A DNA stretch of 64,000 nt from an uncultured Leucobacter sp. (GCA_937967375.1 CALCJF010000011.1:6160-70159), one strand, 5' to 3'; shown: positions 10,064 to 20,085, counted from the stretch's first letter. Translations and numbers: made by a program. The notes: generated from the sequence alone by a model not told the origin.

Positions 10064-10902
10064 ACCAGCAGTCGGCTGAGGCAGGCCAGCCCCTGCTCGT
10101 CGCGAGTTCGCTGACCAAACGATATAGAGGCAAGGGCGGCGCTCAACGCGACGGCTTTCTCGCGGTCGACGATGTCAGCTTCAGCGTGGCCGAGGGCACC
10201 TCGCTCGGAATCGTCGGCGAATCGGGATCGGGGAAGACTACCGTCGCGAAGATGATCGTTGGGCTAGAAAGCGCGACCTCGGGATCTATCTCGATGAACG
10301 GCGATGATCGGACGCGACTCGCGAGAAACGCCCGAGTGCGGCGAGCAAGGGGTCGAGACATTCAGATCGTTTTCCAGGACCCCTACTCCTCACTCAACAG
10401 ACGCCAAACGATCGGCAACGGCCTCGAAGAGATCGTGCGCCTGCACTTCGAGCTGACCGCCCATGAGGTGCGCGATCGGGTTGCCGAGCTGGCGAGCCTC
10501 GTCTCGATCAACGAACGGCACCTCTCGGCAAGACCCGGCGCCCTCTCAGGCGGGCAGCGGCAGCGTGTCGCCATTGCGCGTGCGCTCGCGGCAGAACCGA
10601 AGCTGTTGATCCTCGATGAGGCGGTGGCGGCTCTCGACGTTTCGATCCAGGCGCAGATTCTCAACCTGCTCACTGCTATCCAGAAGCAGAAGAAGATCAC
10701 CTACCTCTTCATCAGCCACGACCTGGCGGTAGTCAGGCAGATCACCGACGAGGCGATCGTGATGCGTCACGGCAAGATCGTCGAGGCCGGGCGAACCGCG
10801 GACATTCTCGATCACCCGAGCGACGACTACACCCGGTTGCTGCGAGAGAGCATTCCCCGGCGGGGTTGGAGCCCGCTCGGAAAACCATCTCTGATCCAAT
10901 GA
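10060..10902 (+). CDS. Peptide ABC transporter ATP-binding protein (DppF-like)
   Basis: GESGSGKT, LSGGQRQR, LDEAVAALD; ATGA overlap. Confidence 0.93.
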   Translation: MNQQSAEAGQPLLVASSLTKRYRGKGGAQRDGFLAVDDVSFSVAEGTSLGIVGESGSGKTTVAKMIVGLESATSGSISMNGDDRTRLARNARVRRARGRDIQIVFQDPYSSLNRRQTIGNGLEEIVRLHFELTAHEVRDRVAELASLVSINERHLSARPGALSGGQRQRVAIARALAAEPKLLILDEAVAALDVSIQAQILNLLTAIQKQKKITYLFISHDLAVVRQITDEAIVMRHGKIVEAGRTADILDHPSDDYTRLLRESIPRRGWSPLGKPSLIQ

Positions 10903-10934
10903 CCAACTCAATGAAGAGCAAGGAAACACCCACC

Positions 10935-12581
10935 ATGAGAACACACGCATCCATTCGCGGCATCATTGCCGCGATCGCGCTGGTGAGCCTTACAGCCGCC
11001 TGCGCGAGCTGCGGCAAGGCACCAGAGTCCGGGGGCACGCCGCAGGCCAACGAAACCACAATCATGACTCCCGAGGCGAACGGCGAAGTCGAGAAGGTCA
11101 GATGGAACCTTTTCGCCGGCGAGCCAGACAGCATCAACCCGTTCCGTTCTGCCGACTACTCGCCGAACACAGTCGTTTCGAACATGTGCGAGACGCTGCT
11201 GGCGCAGAAGCCCGACTACACCATCGAGCCAAACCTGGCGACGCAGATCACCAACCCAGATCCTCTGCACTGGGTGATCGATCTGCGCGATGACGTGACG
11301 TTCTGGGACGGCAGCCCCATGACCGCAGCCGATGTCGTTTTCAGCATGAACGTCAACCTGACTGACCCGAGGTCGTTCTACAACTACATCTACGAGAGAG
11401 TCGCAAGCGTCGATGTCACGGGTGACCACCAGGTGACGGTCACCCTGTCGCAGCCTGATTTTCTCTTCCCTGAAGAACTCGCCTCGTTTGCCGGAGTCGT
11501 GGTGCAGCAGAAGTACTACGAGGCGAACGCAGAGAACTTCGGAACCTCGAACGGTGGCCTGATGTGCACCGGGCCATTCCAGCTCGCGGAGTGGAACATC
11601 GGGCAATCGATCACGCTTGAGAAGAACGGCTCGTACTGGAACCAGGATCTGCAGCCGAAGATCGGAACCCTCGAGTTCACGTTCCTGATCAACCCCGCCT
11701 CGATCACTTCGGCACTCATCAGTGGTGAGATCGACGGGCAGTACAACGTCTCGACCTCGAGCCTCGCTCAGCTGCGACAGAGCAGCACGGGAAGCGTCTA
11801 TCTCGGCACGCCCATTCTGAGCTCGACCTTCGTATACGCGAATCCCGAGGGGGCGATGAGCGACGCGCGTCTTCGCGAGGCTCTGCAGATCGCGATCGAT
11901 TGGGACGGCATCGCAAAATCAGTGTTCAACGGAGCCGGCGAGGTGATGCACGGCCCGGCGCCAGTCACCACGATGAACGGAGACATGCACGATCAGTTGA
12001 TCGCGGGCTACGAGGCGCTGCCGGCGCCGCAGTCGATGCAGTATGACAAGGCCAAGGAGCTGCTCAAAGATGTGCCCGCTGACGTGCTTGCGAAGCCCGT
12101 CTCGATGGTGGTGCCTGCATCGGGCGAGGGTCAGGGATTCGGCCTTGCAGTCGAGAGCGCAGCGAAAGAAATCGGCCTCGATTTCACCCTGAAAGTCGTG
12201 CCGCCAGACGTGTTCGGATCGTACCTCTACGACCCGCAGACCCGTGGCGACACCGACATGCTGTACACGCGGTTCTGGCCGAACATTCCGAACACGCTCG
12301 ACTGGTTCTGGATGACAGCAGTGTCTGGTGGATCGTTCAATCAGTACGGGTACACCGGTGTGGATGAGTTGTTCGCCCAGGCGATCGCCACCGAAGATCC
12401 GGCCGCGCGCGCAGATCTGACGGTCGAGATGCAGGCGAAGCTGCGAGAAGACCTGCTGCCGATGGTGCCGGGGATCGCCACCTATAACTCACTCTGGCTG
12501 AACAAGCGCATCTCGGGTGCACCGGCGTCGTTCAACTTCGCCTACTACCCCTGGGCCGCCTACATCGGCGGCACCGAGTAG
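10935..12581 (+). CDS. Family 5 ABC substrate-binding lipoprotein
   Basis: AAGGA RBS, signal peptide with Cys lipobox, LRDDVTFWDGSPMTAADVVFS, GTGPF-like motif; alternative start 10899. Confidence 0.9.
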   Translation: MRTHASIRGIIAAIALVSLTAACASCGKAPESGGTPQANETTIMTPEANGEVEKVRWNLFAGEPDSINPFRSADYSPNTVVSNMCETLLAQKPDYTIEPNLATQITNPDPLHWVIDLRDDVTFWDGSPMTAADVVFSMNVNLTDPRSFYNYIYERVASVDVTGDHQVTVTLSQPDFLFPEELASFAGVVVQQKYYEANAENFGTSNGGLMCTGPFQLAEWNIGQSITLEKNGSYWNQDLQPKIGTLEFTFLINPASITSALISGEIDGQYNVSTSSLAQLRQSSTGSVYLGTPILSSTFVYANPEGAMSDARLREALQIAIDWDGIAKSVFNGAGEVMHGPAPVTTMNGDMHDQLIAGYEALPAPQSMQYDKAKELLKDVPADVLAKPVSMVVPASGEGQGFGLAVESAAKEIGLDFTLKVVPPDVFGSYLYDPQTRGDTDMLYTRFWPNIPNTLDWFWMTAVSGGSFNQYGYTGVDELFAQAIATEDPAARADLTVEMQAKLREDLLPMVPGIATYNSLWLNKRISGAPASFNFAYYPWAAYIGGTE

Positions 12582-12584
12582 CGA

Positions 12585-12616
12585 ACGTGCCGTGCGGCGA
12601 AGGCCGCACGGCACGT
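12585..12616 (+). terminator. Intrinsic terminator-like hairpin after ABC operon
   Basis: Perfect 14-bp stem ACGTGCCGTGCGGC / GCCGCACGGCACGT with GAAG loop. Confidence 0.8.
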
Positions 12617-12741
12617 GATCCACTATCGAACCCTTTTCTCAATGAGGGCCTCCGAGAGTCTCAGCGGATCGCGCATCCGCGACCGTACTCGGGGGCCTTC
12701 ATCAGTCATGCCCTTTGCGCAGTGCCGCACCAAGGAGACCC

Positions 12742-14166
12742 ATGAACCACTCGACCAACGAGCGCCTTCCCGACCCGGGACGTAACCGGATGCTCGGCGT
12801 ACTTGCCCTTGCTCTCTTCATGACCCTCATCGGCGTGAGCATCGTGAATGTCGCACTGCCCTCGATCGAGGCGGGCATCGGAGCGACGCAACCGCAGCTG
12901 CAGTGGGTGCTCTCGGGGTATGCGCTGACCTTCGGCGTCGTGCTGGTCGCCTCGGGGCGAGCAGGGGATATCTACGGCCGTGGAGCGCTCTTCATTCTCG
13001 GGATATTGGTGTTCACCCTGGCCTCGATCGGGGCGGGGTTCGCGCCCGACCCACTGTGGCTGAACATCGCGAGATTCGTGCAGGGGATCGGCTCCGGGCT
13101 CGTGAATCCCCAGGTGATCGGAATGATCCAGGAGCACTTTCGCGGCCCCGAACGGGCCCGCGCCTTTGGGGTCTTCGGCGGTACCGTCGGCATATCGACC
13201 GCGGTCGGGCCACTGCTTGGTGGGCTGCTCATCGAGCTCGGCGGCCTGGAATCGGGGTGGCGATGGACGTTCTTCGTCAATGTGCCGCTCGGCATTATCG
13301 CCGTCGTGTTGGCATTCCTTTGGATGCCGAAGCCGCTGCTCAGGCGATCAAGCGGTCGCGTTGACGGGAGTGCCCGGCAACTCGACATTGTTGGCGCGGT
13401 GATGCTCGGTCTCGCTGTGCTCGCGCTCATGCTGCCCTTCATGGAGGGTCGCGAGTGGCCGCCCGTGTGGTTCGTGCTGCCGATCGGGCTGCTGCTCGTG
13501 TGGGCGTGGGCGCTCTGGGAGCGCAGGTACCTGCGGGCCGGAAACAATCCCATGGTCGATCTCTCGATCTTTCGCATCTCGAGCTTCACGAACGGCACGC
13601 TCGTCGTCTTTCTCTACTTTCTCGGCATGACAAGCGTCTGGGTGCTCGTCGCGCTGTACTTTCAAGAAGGGCTCGGGCACACGGCACTCGATGCGGGCCT
13701 GGTCGGGCTGCCGAGCGCACTGCTCTCTGCCGCGTCTGCTCTGATCGGTGGGCGGCTGGTGACGAGGTATGGCCGACGCGTCGTGGTGCTCGGGTTGCAG
13801 CTGAGCCTTGTCGGGCTCGTGCTCAGCATGCTGGTCGTCTGGCTGCGCTCTCAGGAGCTCGCAAGCGAGTGGTGGCTGCTTGCCACGCTGTCGATCTTCG
13901 GTTTTGCCCAGGGCTTCGTGATCGGCCCGAACCAGACGCTGACGCTCGCCGAGGTTCCTGTGGCATATGCCGGGAGCTCCGGGGGAGTCATGCAGACGGG
14001 GCAGAGGATCGGCGCGACCGTTGGCATTGCGGCCATCACGGGCATTTCGTTCTCCGTGCTCGCAATCAGCGGATGGGCGCTCGCGTTTCTCGCGGGCCTC
14101 GGCGTGATTCTCGTGACGATGGTGGTGGCACTCGGCATGTCGTACAAAGATCTGCGCGGGCGATAG
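12742..14166 (+). CDS. MFS drug:H+ antiporter (DHA2, 14-TM type)
   Basis: AAGGAG RBS; motif D1 IVNVALPSI, WVLSGYAL, motif A GRAGDIYGR, motif C GPLLGGLL. Confidence 0.92.
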   Translation: MNHSTNERLPDPGRNRMLGVLALALFMTLIGVSIVNVALPSIEAGIGATQPQLQWVLSGYALTFGVVLVASGRAGDIYGRGALFILGILVFTLASIGAGFAPDPLWLNIARFVQGIGSGLVNPQVIGMIQEHFRGPERARAFGVFGGTVGISTAVGPLLGGLLIELGGLESGWRWTFFVNVPLGIIAVVLAFLWMPKPLLRRSSGRVDGSARQLDIVGAVMLGLAVLALMLPFMEGREWPPVWFVLPIGLLLVWAWALWERRYLRAGNNPMVDLSIFRISSFTNGTLVVFLYFLGMTSVWVLVALYFQEGLGHTALDAGLVGLPSALLSAASALIGGRLVTRYGRRVVVLGLQLSLVGLVLSMLVVWLRSQELASEWWLLATLSIFGFAQGFVIGPNQTLTLAEVPVAYAGSSGGVMQTGQRIGATVGIAAITGISFSVLAISGWALAFLAGLGVILVTMVVALGMSYKDLRGR

Positions 14167-14173
14167 CTGCTTC

Positions 14174-14638
14174 TCAGACCGGCAGGCGCCGCGCGCCCGC
14201 GCCCTCGCCGCCGAGCGTGTCGTCTGGGTTGAGCAGCGCGCAGGCCTTCATCGAGAGGCAGCCGCAGCCAATGCAGCCGGTGAGTTCTTGCTCGAGCTGC
14301 TCGATGCCGCGGCGGCGCGCTTCGAGCGCCTTCTTCCAGGTGCGCGATGCCCTCTGCCAGTCGGCATGCGTAGGGGCGGTCGTGAGTGGTACGTCGGCGA
14401 ACGCCGTCTTCACGTCGTCGAGCGGAATGCCGAGCCGCTTCGCCACCGAGATGAGCGCGACGCGGCGCAGCATGTAGCGCGGGTAACGGCGCTGGTTGCC
14501 CGCGGTGCGCTGCGAGGCGATCAGGTGGAGGCGTTCATAATAATGCAGTGCCGAGACGGGCACGCCGGTGCGTCGGCTCATCTCGCCGACGCTCAGCAGC
14601 TCTTCTGGGCGGGCAGTCGATTCGTTCGCTGCGGGCAT
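14174..14638 (-). CDS. soxR: Redox-sensitive transcriptional activator SoxR
   Basis: MerR HTH (LHYYE..GNQRRY) plus [2Fe-2S] motif CIGCGCLSMKAC. Confidence 0.97.
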   Translation of the reverse strand: MPAANESTARPEELLSVGEMSRRTGVPVSALHYYERLHLIASQRTAGNQRRYPRYMLRRVALISVAKRLGIPLDDVKTAFADVPLTTAPTHADWQRASRTWKKALEARRRGIEQLEQELTGCIGCGCLSMKACALLNPDDTLGGEGAGARRLPV

Positions 14639-14659
14639 AGCGGCTCCGTTCGTTCACGG

Positions 14660-14690
14660 TTGACCTCAAGCATAGTTGAGGTTCTAGAGT
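14660..14690 (+). promoter_or_regulatory. SoxR-dependent promoter of sodA with SoxR box
   Basis: -35 TTGACC (14660-65), 19-bp spacer, -10 TAGAGT (14685-90); dyad ACCTCAA-GCATAG-TTGAGGT at 14663-82. Confidence 0.9.
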
Positions 14691-14763
14691 GAGAAGCAGT
14701 GGGGGATCGATCGCCTGCGACGGCGGCTGATCCTCGTCAATGCTGTATCGAAAGGACCACCAA

Positions 14764-15363
14764 ATGTCTGTTTACACGCTGCCCGATCTGCCGTACGACT
14801 ACAGCGCGCTCGCGCCGCACATTTCGGGGCGCATCATGGAGCTGCATCACTCGAAGCACCACCAGGCCTACGTGACCGGAGCGAACAACGCGCTCGAGCA
14901 GCTGTCCGAGGCGCGCGAGAGCGGCAACCTCGCGAACGTGAACAAGCTCGAGAAAGATCTCGCCTTCAACCTCGGCGGCCACATCAACCACAGCGTCTTC
15001 TGGCAGAACATGTCGCCGAACGGCGGCGGCGAGCCCGAGGGTGCGCTGGCCGAGGCGCTCGGGGCGAACTTCGGGTCGATCGAGAAGTTTCGCGCGCACT
15101 TCGAGGCCGCCGCGATGGGCGTGCAGGGCTCGGGTTGGTCGGTGCTGGCGTGGGATCAGCTGGGCGCGCGCCCGGTGATCTTTCAGCTCTTCGATCAGCA
15201 GGGCAACGCGCCGCTCGGCGTGACCCCGCTGCTGCAGCTCGACGTGTGGGAGCACGCCTACTACCTCGACTACCAGAACGTGCGCGCCGACTACGTGAAG
15301 GCATTCTGGAACGTCGTGAACTGGGAAGACGTCGCGCAGCGCTTCGAGGCTGCTTCGAAGTAG
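14764..15363 (+). CDS. sodA: Fe/Mn superoxide dismutase
   Basis: LHHSKHHQAY, FNLGGHINHSVFW, DVWEHAYY; AAAGGA RBS. Confidence 0.98.
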   Translation: MSVYTLPDLPYDYSALAPHISGRIMELHHSKHHQAYVTGANNALEQLSEARESGNLANVNKLEKDLAFNLGGHINHSVFWQNMSPNGGGEPEGALAEALGANFGSIEKFRAHFEAAAMGVQGSGWSVLAWDQLGARPVIFQLFDQQGNAPLGVTPLLQLDVWEHAYYLDYQNVRADYVKAFWNVVNWEDVAQRFEAASK

Positions 15364-15396
15364 CACCTGGTTTCCGGTTTCTCCGTCTCGGATTGG

Positions 15397-15436
15397 GCGA
15401 CGGTCGCGGCTTCGGCTGCGGTCGTCGCTTTCTCTT
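15397..15436 (+). terminator. Terminator after sodA
   Basis: GC-rich stem with TTCG loop followed by TTTCTCTT. Confidence 0.75.
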
Positions 15437-15564
15437 CTCCTCGCGAACCCCGCGCGCGTGTAGCGAGATGTGCCGTTCTCGGCAGCGGGAGGCATATTTG
15501 GCTGCACGCGGCGAAGACGCGGGTGGGTTACTCGTGGTAGTTCGCACCTGTCTTGCGGCGACCG

Positions 15565-16857
15565 TTACCCGACGCGCATCGGCACGGAGTCGACCCCGAG
15601 TTCTTCGCGCAGGTGCTGGGCCAACTCCTCGGCCGACGCGCCGATGCCGCCCTCGTAGGCGAGCCAGTACTCCACGCCCGGCTCGCCTGCATCGACCAGC
15701 TCGCCGACCACTGCCCGAGTGAGCTCTGCATCTGAGACCGGCAGGATCAGCACGGGCCTGAAGCGGCTTCGATCGATCCCGCGAATCACGTCGACCCAAT
15801 CGAGCGGCGAGGCGCCGCCGGGTGGAACGCGAACCGGCAGCAGGTGGGGTGCGCTCGGCGCAAGCTCCTGCACAGAGAGCTCGGGTGTGCGTGCGAGCTC
15901 GGCCAGGGTGCGAAAGAGGTCGGCTCTCCCGCCCAGATTTTTCACCAGCAGGGGCGTCACGCTCAAGCGAGGCTGCTGCTGCTCGCTCCATTCGGCAGCA
16001 CGGAGCGCCTCTGCCAAAGACCGCCCGAGATCGCGGCACGGGGGAGCCTCATCGTCTCCCTCCATGAGCGGTCGTGTGCGGCGACGGTAGTCGGCGGGGG
16101 ATTCGCCGAACCAGGCGCGAAACGCGCGCGTCAAATACTTCAGGTCTGAGAAGCCGCATTCAGCTGCGATCTGCGCGACCGTCGTGTCGCCGCTCATCAG
16201 TCTGCGCTCGGCGGCGCTGACCCGCAGGTAGGTCAGCAGATCGCTGAAGCTCACCGCGGTGCTGTCGCGCACGATGCGCGACAGCGAGGCCTTGCGATAG
16301 TGCTGGGCCTCGGCGATCTGATCCAGCACATCGCGTTCTGCGAGCCGCTCTTGCATCGCGATCACCAGCTGCCTGAACTGCAACCGCCGCGCATGGCTGA
16401 CGGGGCGCTGCCGCTCGTAGTAGTCCTCGAACGCGTAGCCGTCGGCGAGGTCAGCGAGCAAGATAGCCGCGGTTTCAATGCCATCAGCTGGATCGGCCAG
16501 CAGTGCACTCAGAATCAGCTGCCGCAGCGAGTTCTCTGTGCGCCTGAACCTCGGCAGGTCGAACGATTCGCAGGCGTAGATCACGCCCTCGAGGTCGGGC
16601 ACCCGGTCTGAGAACGCGTCGAGCCGCAACTGCAGCGAGGCGGTCACGTTATCTGAAGAGCCCACGAACAGGTGCGGATCGCCCTCATTGAGCACCGCGT
16701 AGTCGCCCTCGCGCAACTCGAATCGTTCACAGCTCACGGTCACGTCGAGCGAGCCGCGAAGCACGAGCACGACTTCGAGCACGCCCGGGTGCGCGCGCAG
16801 CGAAGTTCGCCGCACCGCGTAATAGCCGGTGGAGAGCGCCGATCCGTCGTGAAGCAT
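15565..16857 (-). CDS. AraC family regulator (cupin + HTH) with long C-terminal extension
   Basis: N-terminal cupin (H..VLEV..GEPH-like), AraC signature IAAECGFSDLKYLTRAFRAWFGESPADYR, ~150 extra residues. Confidence 0.85.
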   Translation of the reverse strand: MLHDGSALSTGYYAVRRTSLRAHPGVLEVVLVLRGSLDVTVSCERFELREGDYAVLNEGDPHLFVGSSDNVTASLQLRLDAFSDRVPDLEGVIYACESFDLPRFRRTENSLRQLILSALLADPADGIETAAILLADLADGYAFEDYYERQRPVSHARRLQFRQLVIAMQERLAERDVLDQIAEAQHYRKASLSRIVRDSTAVSFSDLLTYLRVSAAERRLMSGDTTVAQIAAECGFSDLKYLTRAFRAWFGESPADYRRRTRPLMEGDDEAPPCRDLGRSLAEALRAAEWSEQQQPRLSVTPLLVKNLGGRADLFRTLAELARTPELSVQELAPSAPHLLPVRVPPGGASPLDWVDVIRGIDRSRFRPVLILPVSDAELTRAVVGELVDAGEPGVEYWLAYEGGIGASAEELAQHLREELGVDSVPMRVG

Positions 16858-16904
16858 CCTCAGATCAGGATACGGCGCTTCCGGCTAGTCGTTGCGACGG
16901 TGCT

Positions 16905-18227
16905 TCACCAGACGAACTCACCGTCTTGCACTGTCAGCTTGCCGTCGCAGTAGACGCGTGCGTGGTTGCGCACGTCGTAGACGACCTCGGCGCTGCTGGT
17001 GGGGTCGGCGCGCAGCACGAGCAGGTCGGCGAGCTTGCCTGCCTCGAGCGTGCCGAGCACGTGCGACATGCCCACCGCCTCGGACGAGACTGACGTGGCC
17101 GCATGGATCGCTTGCGGCACCGTCATGCCGTACTGCACGAGCGCCTTGAATTCGCGCGCGCTGTATTCGCCGTACTTGGTCAGCGGTTCGTAGACGGTAT
17201 CTGACCCCAGCGCGATCTTGACGCCCGCGGCGAGTGCGGTGCGAAAGCTGGCTTCGGAGGCGGCGCTGTAGGCCTCGCCGAACTCCTCAGTGCGCTCCTG
17301 GTAGAGGTCGCGGTAGAGAAACGCCTCGGGCCGCACCGGTTCGCGCGGTTCGTCGCCGAGCGGAATGAAGTCGCGGTACCAGTTGATGATCAGTTCGAGG
17401 GTAGGGACGAGGATCGTGCCCTGCTCGACCATCTTCTGTGCGAGCGCCTCGTCGATCTCTTCGCCGTGCTCGATCGTGTCGCAGCCGGCGTCGACGGCCA
17501 TCTCGATAGCCTCGCGGTTCTCGGCGTGCGCCGCCACGATGGTGCCCTTCTGCCGGTGCGCTTCTTCGACGCAGGCGCGCAGCTCTTCCATCGAATAGTG
17601 CACGTCGTCGATGCGGTCGTGCGGCCAGTTGTCGCCGCCGCTCACCCAGATCTTGATCGCGTCGGCACCCTCGCGCAGGTTGCGCCGCACCGCCTTGCGC
17701 ACTTCTTCGGGCCCGTCGGCGACGATGCCCCAGACGCCGTGCTCGGCGACGTAGTCGGGGGTGAACTGAAAGAGGTCACCGTGGCCTCCCGTGCGGGTGA
17801 GGCCTGGGCCGCAGGCGACGACCTTGGGGCCGGGAATCTGTTGCTCGAAGAAAAGCCGCTTCAGGTAGAAGCCGTTCCACGAGATGTCGCGCACGGTGGT
17901 GAAGCCTCGCTTGAGCAACTGCTGGGCCTCGTAGACCGAGCGCATGGCCTTCAGACCCATCGGCTCGGCTACGACACCGATCTCTTGATCATCGACTTCT
18001 GCGCGGCCGCCTGAGAGGTGCACATGTGCGTCGATCAGGCCGGGCATCACGTAGTGCCCTGGCAGCCGAATCTCTTCGACACCGTCATGCGGCGAATAGT
18101 CGGCCATGTCGCCGATTCTCGCGATCCTCGACCCGAGCACTTCGAGAAACGCGTGCTCGCGTACGGGCCCGCCGGTGCCGTCGACGACCGCGATGTCGCA
18201 GAGCACGAAGCTGTGTCGCTCTCTCAC
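16905..18227 (-). CDS. Metal-dependent amidohydrolase (prolidase/ochratoxinase-like subgroup)
   Basis: PGLIDAHVH, TGGHGD, IKIWVSGG, AHAE, IEHG, ALGSD motifs. Confidence 0.9.
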   Translation of the reverse strand: MRERHSFVLCDIAVVDGTGGPVREHAFLEVLGSRIARIGDMADYSPHDGVEEIRLPGHYVMPGLIDAHVHLSGGRAEVDDQEIGVVAEPMGLKAMRSVYEAQQLLKRGFTTVRDISWNGFYLKRLFFEQQIPGPKVVACGPGLTRTGGHGDLFQFTPDYVAEHGVWGIVADGPEEVRKAVRRNLREGADAIKIWVSGGDNWPHDRIDDVHYSMEELRACVEEAHRQKGTIVAAHAENREAIEMAVDAGCDTIEHGEEIDEALAQKMVEQGTILVPTLELIINWYRDFIPLGDEPREPVRPEAFLYRDLYQERTEEFGEAYSAASEASFRTALAAGVKIALGSDTVYEPLTKYGEYSAREFKALVQYGMTVPQAIHAATSVSSEAVGMSHVLGTLEAGKLADLLVLRADPTSSAEVVYDVRNHARVYCDGKLTVQDGEFVW

Positions 18228-18269
18228 TGATTCTCCTTCGTTGCTTTCTTGAGTGCTCGAGCTCGGTTC

Positions 18270-19430
18270 TTACGCATTGATCACGCTGACGAATGCCTCG
18301 ATGCATTTCTTGGTCTCGGCTGGGGTGAGCTGCCTGAAGTCGTAGATGCGCTTCGCGTCTTCTTCGGAAGGGAACAACATCGGGCTGTCGGCCAGGGGCG
18401 AGCCGAGCTTCGCGAGCTCTTCTTTCACCCCGTCGACCGGTGGCACCGAGGCGGTGTATTCCACGACCTGAGCCATGATTTCGGGCTGGTAGTAGAAATC
18501 GATGAGCTGTTCGATGTCGGGCATGCGGTCGGTGCCCTTGGGCACTTGGATCGCGTTCACGTACTTGGTGCCGCCCGGCTCGGGGATCACGAACTTGTAG
18601 AGCTCTTTGCCGGCCTCGTCGTTGAGCACCTGAATGTCGCCCGACCAGCACATGGCGGCCCAGATTCGGCCGGACTGCAGGTCTTGCGTGTACTGGTTGC
18701 CTGTCGCCTGGGCATACTGCCCGCTCTTCAGGCGCTCCTGCACCTGCGCGAGTGCGGCGTCGAACTCGGCGTCGCCCCAGTCGCCCGAGCAGTCGACCCC
18801 CTGATCAAGCAGCGTCAGCCCGATGGTGTCGATCATCTCGGTGAGAATGCCGACTTTGCCGTGCAGCTCGGGTCGAGCCATGTCTGAGACGCTCGTGATG
18901 CCCTCGGGGTAGAGCTCGGTGTTGTAGCAGATGCCGGTCATGCCACCCATCCAGGGAATGCTGAACTTTCGGTCGGGGTCATACGACGGGTGCGCCATCA
19001 GTGCGGACATGTTGGCCAGGTTTGGAATGCGCGAGTGATCGAACTCTTGCACCTGCTCGTTCGTAATGAGCCGCGCGGTGAAGTCGTCTGCGAAGTTGAA
19101 CAGGTCGTAGCCCGGAAACTGACCCTGGTCGAGCTGTTCGCGAATCTTGGCGAAGAACGTCGCGCTGTCGTTGATGTCTTCGAGAAAGTCGACGGCGATG
19201 CCGGTCTCGTCTGTGAACTGCTCGAGCGTCGGGTAGCTGCCGGTCGCATCGTCGTAGTCCATCGTCATGGTCCAGTTGCCCCAGACGAGGGGGGTGCCGG
19301 CGCCGCTCGCGCCGCCGCTGGCGCATGAGGCCAGCGAGGCCACACCGAGGGCTCCGATGCCCACTCCGGTGAAGCGGAGCAGCTCTCGGCGGCTGAGGCT
19401 CAGTTGAGAGCGGGTTCGCAGCGGGCGCAT
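18270..19430 (-). CDS. PotD/PotF-like substrate-binding Tat lipoprotein
   Basis: SRRELL twin-arginine, LASC lipobox, WGNW, PWMGGMTGICYN, WSGD, IPEPGG motifs. Confidence 0.88.
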   Translation of the reverse strand: MRPLRTRSQLSLSRRELLRFTGVGIGALGVASLASCASGGASGAGTPLVWGNWTMTMDYDDATGSYPTLEQFTDETGIAVDFLEDINDSATFFAKIREQLDQGQFPGYDLFNFADDFTARLITNEQVQEFDHSRIPNLANMSALMAHPSYDPDRKFSIPWMGGMTGICYNTELYPEGITSVSDMARPELHGKVGILTEMIDTIGLTLLDQGVDCSGDWGDAEFDAALAQVQERLKSGQYAQATGNQYTQDLQSGRIWAAMCWSGDIQVLNDEAGKELYKFVIPEPGGTKYVNAIQVPKGTDRMPDIEQLIDFYYQPEIMAQVVEYTASVPPVDGVKEELAKLGSPLADSPMLFPSEEDAKRIYDFRQLTPAETKKCIEAFVSVINA

Positions 19431-19641
19431 CTTCACACCTTTCCGCCCGGCGCGCGCTGCCGGACACCTCGATGCTAGAAGCAGACGAGGCGCCGGGCAC
19501 ATGCCGATTCGTGCGGGCTCGCATGACGATCCGCGCCGAAGCAATCGATCACGAATCAAGAAGTTTGTTCGAGCCTCGCGTCATATCGTGGTCGTAGATA
19601 CCCTGACCGATACGCGGATCGGGCGACGAAAGGATCTGACG

Positions 19642-20085
19642 ATGGCTGAGAAGACGAGCGGACTGTCTGCAGAAGAGCGCGCCGCGGTCAAGCAGCGCGC
19701 CGCCGAGCTGCGCGCGCAGGAGAAGGCGGGCAAGAGTCGGGCAGCGGGGGAGCAGGCGATCCAAGACGCGATCGCCGAGATGCCCGCGGACGACCAGGTG
19801 CTTGCGCAGGGCATTCACCGCATCGTCGGCGAGGTCGCCTCGCACCTCATGCCGAAGACCTGGTACGGGTTTCCGGCGTACTGCGACGAGAACGGCAAGG
19901 TGGTGGTGTTCTTCAAGGCCGCCTCGAAGTTCACGACGCGATACGCCACGCTCGGTTTCGAAGAGGCTGCGCAGCTCGACGAAGGGGACCTCTGGCCGAC
20001 CTCGTACGCGCTCATCTCACTGACGCCCGAGACCGAGGGCGTGATCGCGGAGCAGATTCGGCGGGCTGCGGGCTCTGTGAATTGA
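19642..20085 (+). CDS. DUF1801 (YdhG-like) protein
   Basis: PKTWYGFPAY, VVVFFKAASKF, RYATLGF, LWPTSYAL; AAAGGA RBS. Confidence 0.88.
   Translation: MAEKTSGLSAEERAAVKQRAAELRAQEKAGKSRAAGEQAIQDAIAEMPADDQVLAQGIHRIVGEVASHLMPKTWYGFPAYCDENGKVVVFFKAASKFTTRYATLGFEEAAQLDEGDLWPTSYALISLTPETEGVIAEQIRRAAGSVN

Noticed and set aside
12638-12646. CTCAATGAG upstream of the MFS gene as a SoxR box
   Set aside because: Half-sites are not separated by 6 bp, and there is no 19-bp-spacer promoter
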